From: Candidatus Bathyarchaeota archaeon
Lineage (GTDB): Archaea > Thermoproteota > Bathyarchaeia > 40CM-2-53-6
Direction of reading: 5' to 3'
DNA: 64,000 bases
Assembly: GCA_963733055.1 (NCBI GenBank)
Contig: CAVTBR010000001.1
Span: 896,001 to 960,000, forward strand
Shown: positions 58,529-64,000 of the stretch, piece after piece
How positions within the stretch are numbered: the stretch's first letter is position 1
Layout: each line of letters begins with the position of its first letter
Program-made: the position numbers and the translations under genes
Notes under the pieces: model-generated
Databases searched by the model: none
What the model saw: the letters and a program-made list of their open reading frames with translations, nothing else
What the model was told of the DNA's origin: nothing

Positions 58529-59773
58529 TTGATTATGGAGAATCATGGGAGGGTACCTAGACCGCGACCATTGAGATACTTGCAAGTCAAGTACAAGTTT
58601 TCCGATGTCACCTTCGCCGATCTCTCTGTGGAATCTGAACTCAATGAGTTGGTCGCGTTAGCACGTCAGGGTCATAGAGTAACTCTAATGGGGGCAACTC
58701 TCGGCCTACCAAGGTCAAAGGAAACGGCCGGCGAAAGGCTGAAACTCGAACCCGTGTATGTACGAAGGAGCACTTCCATCATCGCTTTGTTAGTCTTTCA
58801 GATGATCGTCGCCTTTCGACTAATACGAAGAATCGGCCAACTCGATGCGTTGATTACGGACTGCTCAACTCTCACCCCTATCCTGTGCCTAATTCTGTTC
58901 ATCAATCGCTTAGTTAACCATCACCCCGTACTCATCCTCCGAGTTACTTCGAATCCGGTAGAAACTGGAGGTACTCTTCGATCGATGATAACTATCTTTC
59001 ATTGGATGACTTCAGTGAAACTTGCAGGAGTCCTCTTTGACCGAATCTACTTCATAAGCCCCATGATGGGACAACACTATTCCAAACTACTACACATTCC
59101 ACCCAACAAGATAGGAACTTGGCCGTCCACCATCAATATGCGCCTCTTCGATTCGGAGGCGAAGAGTCTTCGAGCGTCTGCTCGCAGCATACGTCAAAAG
59201 CTCGCATTGTCAAGACGATTTGTTGTCCTACACCACGGCGTGTTGACCAAATCAAGAGGAGTCATGGAAACCGTGAAGGCGTTTAAGTTATTGAAAGAAA
59301 AAGACGTGAAAACTACGCTGTTTCTGCTGGGAGATGGCTCTGCTAAAGCCGAAATACAGGAGTATGTTTCGACGAATGACCTCGATGGATACATCAGACT
59401 GCATGAACCCGTACCCTACCGGGATGTCCCAATTTACGTCGCCATTTGTGACTTAGGTATCGTACCACTCCCCGACAATTCGTGGTGGCGATACCAATGT
59501 CCCACAAAGCTGCTTGAGTACTTGGCAATGAACAAACCTGCGATAGTCACAGACATACCCGGTCACAGATGGATACTCGGCAGCGCAAATTTCGCGCAAT
59601 ACATTAACCAAGTCAGCGCGACCGAAATATCCAACGCTGTTATGAAAGCCATGAGTGAGCATGAATCGCTCGATCCTAGAACAGGCCGACGCATTTCGAG
59701 TGCTTTCTCCGGCGAACGAATTGCTCAGATGCTTGAAGACGATGTGCTTGAGAGTCTGAAAACGAACAAGTAG
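58529..59773 (+). CDS. Glycosyltransferase family 4
   Basis: HG.L...RG, LGDG, PTKLLEYLAM.KP.IVTD. Confidence 0.9.
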   Translation: MIMENHGRVPRPRPLRYLQVKYKFSDVTFADLSVESELNELVALARQGHRVTLMGATLGLPRSKETAGERLKLEPVYVRRSTSIIALLVFQMIVAFRLIRRIGQLDALITDCSTLTPILCLILFINRLVNHHPVLILRVTSNPVETGGTLRSMITIFHWMTSVKLAGVLFDRIYFISPMMGQHYSKLLHIPPNKIGTWPSTINMRLFDSEAKSLRASARSIRQKLALSRRFVVLHHGVLTKSRGVMETVKAFKLLKEKDVKTTLFLLGDGSAKAEIQEYVSTNDLDGYIRLHEPVPYRDVPIYVAICDLGIVPLPDNSWWRYQCPTKLLEYLAMNKPAIVTDIPGHRWILGSANFAQYINQVSATEISNAVMKAMSEHESLDPRTGRRISSAFSGERIAQMLEDDVLESLKTNK

Positions 59774-59896
59774 ACGAGTTGGACTGGTAATTCTCAAGCC
59801 TCCCAACAGGAAGCTAAAGGCATCAGCGTTCTAGACTTGGCGGGGCCAGATCGACGTCTGATCGCACGAACGACAATCGACTGTTCTTTTTGCGCC

Positions 59897-60958
59897 CTAA
59901 CCATTCACTATAGCAGTCTGAATTTGCTTTGAAATACGCTCAACAATTTCAACGGTCTTGTATGCTGTGTTTGGACTAATCCGAGCACTGGCGTCTTCTT
60001 CTGTGCCATCGATCAGAGATCGATAAGCGCGCCGAAAGGCATAGGCTCCGTAAGCATCTAGCATAAAGCGGGACACATTTTTTGCATCGGCAAGGACAAG
60101 CTTGCCAGCCAGATTAAGTGTGTCGGTGGCGGATTGAACTCTCCCCGGAGTTCTACGACCCATTGCGATCAGTGTTTGGTTGGTTAAATCAATCCTCAAA
60201 ATCTTCTTTGTGCAATAAACGTCTACAAGCTCCGCAACTCGCGCAGCGTTAAATGAAACGTAGACATGACCGGTTCCCATCGATGAATGCAACATTACGC
60301 GAAGCTCGTCGGCCGGCATCCAAGCTCGGCTTCCCCGCTTAGTTGCATAGACTGAATCAACTAACAAGTCATCTCCCAAGAACGCTTGCAAAACATAGAC
60401 TGGGTGCGGGAGCATTTCCGTAAGTCTACCCCCGGTTAGCTTGTGACACCAATGGTTTGGATTTGACCCCATCACATCCTCATTGGGTCCTGCGACAAGC
60501 GTTACTGTAACGCCCAAGATCTCTCCCAACTCTCCCCTCTTTACGTTCATCAAAGCTTCTTGGACGACTCTACTGAGCAGATAGTGGTACACGACAGTCA
60601 TCTTGCCTTTGCCTTGCTGCAGCGTGTTAAGAATCAATTGAGCATCGCTTGTTGTCAATGTCATAGGTTTCTCTATTAGGACACGTGTGCCGAGCTTCAG
60701 AGCATCTACTGCTATCTCAGCGTGAGTCTGGGGGGGAGTCAAAATCGAGGCTATGAAGGGGGTCTCCTCACGGAGCATCAAAGAAGCGTCTACGTAGTGT
60801 TTCTCGATACCCCATTCGCTAGCCATCTGGGCGGCCTTTCGTTCATCAGTGTCACATATCGCGACCACCTTCATTTCCTTCATATTTCTGAGTGCTCGTA
60901 GGTGCTCCTGTGCAATGACTCCCGCACCAACTAGTGCAACGTGATATTTCTCCTGCAT
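59897..60958 (-). CDS. Gfo/Idh/MocA-family oxidoreductase
   Basis: GAGVIA..H, TPP.TH, IEKPM, GG.L.E..PH. Confidence 0.9.
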   Translation of the reverse strand: MQEKYHVALVGAGVIAQEHLRALRNMKEMKVVAICDTDERKAAQMASEWGIEKHYVDASLMLREETPFIASILTPPQTHAEIAVDALKLGTRVLIEKPMTLTTSDAQLILNTLQQGKGKMTVVYHYLLSRVVQEALMNVKRGELGEILGVTVTLVAGPNEDVMGSNPNHWCHKLTGGRLTEMLPHPVYVLQAFLGDDLLVDSVYATKRGSRAWMPADELRVMLHSSMGTGHVYVSFNAARVAELVDVYCTKKILRIDLTNQTLIAMGRRTPGRVQSATDTLNLAGKLVLADAKNVSRFMLDAYGAYAFRRAYRSLIDGTEEDASARISPNTAYKTVEIVERISKQIQTAIVNG

Positions 60959-61470
60959 AATTCAAATCATCCTTGAGCCAACATTGGTTAGGGGCAGTTG
61001 GTAATAGCTTGAACGCAACGGGCTCAACTTTTCACGCACTATTGTCCCAATTGTCGCCGACGAAACCACCGGATTAAGTGGTGTAACCTGATAAGATATT
61101 TTGCATTCGAGCATATTGTATCTGGTCCTGGCTGCCGTCGTGTTCATTTCCATTGGAAGTGAGTCAAATTACAATCATCCCAAGAAAAACGCTTCCTCCC
61201 TCATTCTTGTTTAGAACAGCATTAACTGGAGGCAATGCAGCCGCCACTCATCACGAGAAACCGCTTTGCTTCGCGGAAGCAATTTACCTTGGTTCTTAAA
61301 TGCGGACTGAGTCAAAATTCTGAATGTTGACTGGCTTGCATGTACTTCCTACGGCATTACGCGCATTTCGCTTCTTACTAATCTGAGGCTATCGAATTGT
61401 AGACTTGCAATCGGAATGCGGAAGCCTTCGTCGGCGCCTCGGTACCGATCGAGAAGTCTTGAGAGTTCGT

Positions 61471-63360
61471 TCAACTGAAAATCACTTCAATTAATGGCGC
61501 CGTGATGAATGGACCGAAATCAATTGTGTGACCAGGAGGCAAATAGAATGCTAAGCCATTTGCGTTAGCGAAAGCAGGTTGTCCATCAATCGAAATGGTT
61601 GACCCTGAACCTTTCTTTAGAATAATTATGGTGCAGGGCGTGGTAGTAATTGTGTAGGTGGTGGATGCGACTAGATTGAAGGTTGTTCCGATGGGTGAAA
61701 TAAAGTTCCCATCACCAGCTCCCGAACCTCCTACATACAGAAAATCAGCTATGTCGCCTATGGGGTTGAAACCGATATTCTCCGCGACAATAGTTGAGTT
61801 GTCTGCAATCTGAATCGAAGTCGCACATTCAGACTTCGAAAGAACATTATTGACAACATTCCCACTCACAGGTGTACCTTCTGGACCAATGCAGGTTGAA
61901 AAGCCAGTAACTTTATTCCCTGAAATCACAGTGTTGGTGCCACCCCATCTTATGCCAGTTCCTTGCAGACTAGCAACATTTCCAAGAATCACGTTGCCAA
62001 TTACTTGGTCGCCGTAGGTCTTGCTATCAATGTATAGGGCCTCTTCGCTTTGCGTCGTCGCCGTAAAATCTAGGACGTTATTGGAAATTGTGACATTGTT
62101 TGCATAGGATCCAATCGCATCTGACTCGGGCTTGTGGTTGTTGGTTTCGAAAACGTCGTTGCCTGTGATGAGGACAGCGTTTGCCCCTGCAAGAATCGCC
62201 GCGCTAGTGGTGTCGTTCAGATTATTTGTGCTTACAAGGGCGTCGACGGTTCCTACCCTAATGTCGATCGCGGGCTTATTCGTGTAGGTAGTTGATTGGA
62301 CTACGTTGTTGGCGATGTCTACGCCTTTCGTGTACTGGGTAGCTATTGCACCCCCGCAGCTAACAATTTCGTTTCCGGTAATGATGATGGCTTTACTGAC
62401 CAGGCTTGGGTAGTCGGCGTCCGTTGAAATTGCGTAGTCGGTTGCGTTGTAGATTTGGTTTCCTTCCACGGTGACTTCGGTTGAGTTACCATTGTCTCCA
62501 ACATAAATCCCGTCATGGCCGTTCAAGTGGTATGGGGATTGGTTTAGCGTAATATTTGTGATCACATTACCTTCAACGAGCGTATCAGCTGCATTCAGCG
62601 ATATGCCTACGTCGCTTGCTGTCACAATCTGGTTGTCCTGAATTGTGTCCCAGCGTGCAGGCTGAGTATCACTATACGATAGAAGTAATATGCTGTCTGC
62701 ATCGCAGTTCACGGCAAAATCATTAACCATTTCGGAGTGTAGAGTTCCCTCAAAGACCAGGCAGGAGGTTTTCAGGTCATGTACGTATAGGTTCTGAAAA
62801 GTTATGTAATTGCTAAGGTCGGCTTCTATCCCTACACACTCAGGTGTAGTGCAGGCGTAGGGTATGCTTGCTCGGCTCCCGTCAATTGAAAGGTCTTTGA
62901 CTACGACATTGTTTACTTCATACAGGTACAGAATCGCAAGCGCCCCATAACTCCCTGTTATGGTTGATGCTGCTTTTAGAATTGACCCTGCTCCATCACC
63001 TTCGACGGTCACATTGTTGACTAGGATGTTGATTTGTTGTGTGATGGTGTAGGTTCCAGCCATAATGTATAGGCGGCCACCGGAAGAAAGTTTGCTAATT
63101 GCGGCGCTGATAACTGCGGCCGCGTTTGTGGATTTCATCAGAATCGTCGAGCCTTTACAGGCTTGGGCGTAGGTGGTCCCACTGATTATGTAAATCATGT
63201 ACGTGCAAGGCAAGGCGCCAGCGTATGCGGCGGTTGCGGTTTGTGTTGCGACGGGTTCCAGTTTAGGAGCTAGAGCACTGCCGGAGGCCATTCCGATGAC
63301 GAAAACAATGAGAGCGACGGTGAATAGTTGACGTTTTTCATATGCTGTGATCAAAGACAA
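61471..63360 (-). CDS. Exported or membrane-tethered right-handed parallel beta-helix protein (pectate-lyase-3/NosD-like)
   Basis: N-terminal hydrophobic helix; AAI..L..GG.LYI.AGTY...N.TVEGDG cap; many I.GN.I repeats. Confidence 0.85.
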   Translation of the reverse strand: MSLITAYEKRQLFTVALIVFVIGMASGSALAPKLEPVATQTATAAYAGALPCTYMIYIISGTTYAQACKGSTILMKSTNAAAVISAAISKLSSGGRLYIMAGTYTITQQINILVNNVTVEGDGAGSILKAASTITGSYGALAILYLYEVNNVVVKDLSIDGSRASIPYACTTPECVGIEADLSNYITFQNLYVHDLKTSCLVFEGTLHSEMVNDFAVNCDADSILLLSYSDTQPARWDTIQDNQIVTASDVGISLNAADTLVEGNVITNITLNQSPYHLNGHDGIYVGDNGNSTEVTVEGNQIYNATDYAISTDADYPSLVSKAIIITGNEIVSCGGAIATQYTKGVDIANNVVQSTTYTNKPAIDIRVGTVDALVSTNNLNDTTSAAILAGANAVLITGNDVFETNNHKPESDAIGSYANNVTISNNVLDFTATTQSEEALYIDSKTYGDQVIGNVILGNVASLQGTGIRWGGTNTVISGNKVTGFSTCIGPEGTPVSGNVVNNVLSKSECATSIQIADNSTIVAENIGFNPIGDIADFLYVGGSGAGDGNFISPIGTTFNLVASTTYTITTTPCTIIILKKGSGSTISIDGQPAFANANGLAFYLPPGHTIDFGPFITAPLIEVIFS

Positions 63361-63527
63361 TCTGTCCTGCTATGGGTCGTACTAAATATGAGTTAGCTAA
63401 TTTGCTTCCGTTGGTGAATTCTCATGCCAAATAACATCTCACATCTTCGGGTAACAGTCGCGATCTAATTCCTTAAATTGTGTAAAAGCTCGCGAAAGTG
63501 AAAATTGTGAATACGAGAAAAACATCT

Positions 63528-64000
63528 TCAGGTGCTTGTCAATGACTTATACACTTCTAAGGTGTTCGCGATCATGCTTGCCAAGTTAAATTGCCGACTG
63601 AATGCCATTATCTTAGCTTCGTTATCTCGACGAAGCTTCACGGCAGAGACCATGGCTCTGGCGAGGTCACTCGCGTCAAAAGAGCGAGCCAGAGACGCTG
63701 TAACGTCGCTGATGGCAAACTCCTGAACCCACGCGATATTGAACAGAACGACAGGAACCCCAAGGGAATATGCCTCAAGCAACGCCAGAGGGCATGCCTC
63801 ATAGACGCTCGGAAGGATGAGTGCAGAATTCTGCGCGATCATTGCCAGCAGTTGGTCGTTTGGGATGAGTCCTTCTACGAACACTTTGTTGGACAGCCCG
63901 AGTTCTTCAATCCTTCGCTTCGTTTGAGCTGCTAACGGTCCAGTTCCGTAGAGATGAAGTGTCGCACCCGGAAAGCTCTGATTGACCTTGCGAAAAGCTT
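63528..64000 (-). CDS. Glycosyltransferase family 4, C-terminal part (5'-truncated by window)
   Basis: Frame open to the window end: LYGTGP, LPS.YEACP..LLEA...G.PVV. Confidence 0.88.
   Translation of the reverse strand, partial: AFRKVNQSFPGATLHLYGTGPLAAQTKRRIEELGLSNKVFVEGLIPNDQLLAMIAQNSALILPSVYEACPLALLEAYSLGVPVVLFNIAWVQEFAISDVTASLARSFDASDLARAMVSAVKLRRDNEAKIMAFSRQFNLASMIANTLEVYKSLTST

Overview
Archaeal chromosomal segment. Markers are an MJ0837/MptB-like HD protein, TrmB, V4R, DUF1616/DUF2206 membrane proteins, a PEF-CTERM surface protein and many TTG/GTG starts; a Bathyarchaeia-like lineage is my inference only. 1-21 kb is housekeeping: a bacterial-type coproporphyrin-dependent heme operon (hemD'-hemB-hemQ/chdC-hemL-hemE-hemH), small exported proteins, a GlnA-family ligase, two aminotransferases, thrB-thrC, serS, an mptB-like gene, class II RNR and queC. 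20.9-26.9 kb is a regulator/hypothetical block bracketed by a degenerate direct repeat with a 24-bp identical core. 27-33.8 kb is an accessory island with four type II toxin-antitoxin pairs, an orphan HicB, a GT2 and an orphan RHH-TerS-TerL (terminase) module without portal, capsid or integrase. Its right half is an array of ~0.8-0.9 kb cassettes, each delimited by a degenerate copy of the 3' end of the neighbouring Wzx flippase gene; one copy is a flippase gene collapsed to its two ends. 33.8-64 kb is a surface-glycosylation island with a flippase, a 1443-aa PEF-CTERM glycoprotein, wecB/wecC, SDR epimerases, GT2/GT4, DegT, Gfo/Idh/MocA and a beta-helix protein. Four frameshifts there share the same extra-C-before-CG signature. 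No rRNA, intact tRNA, CRISPR array, integrase or transposase was recognised. All family calls come from motif recognition by eye, not database searches.
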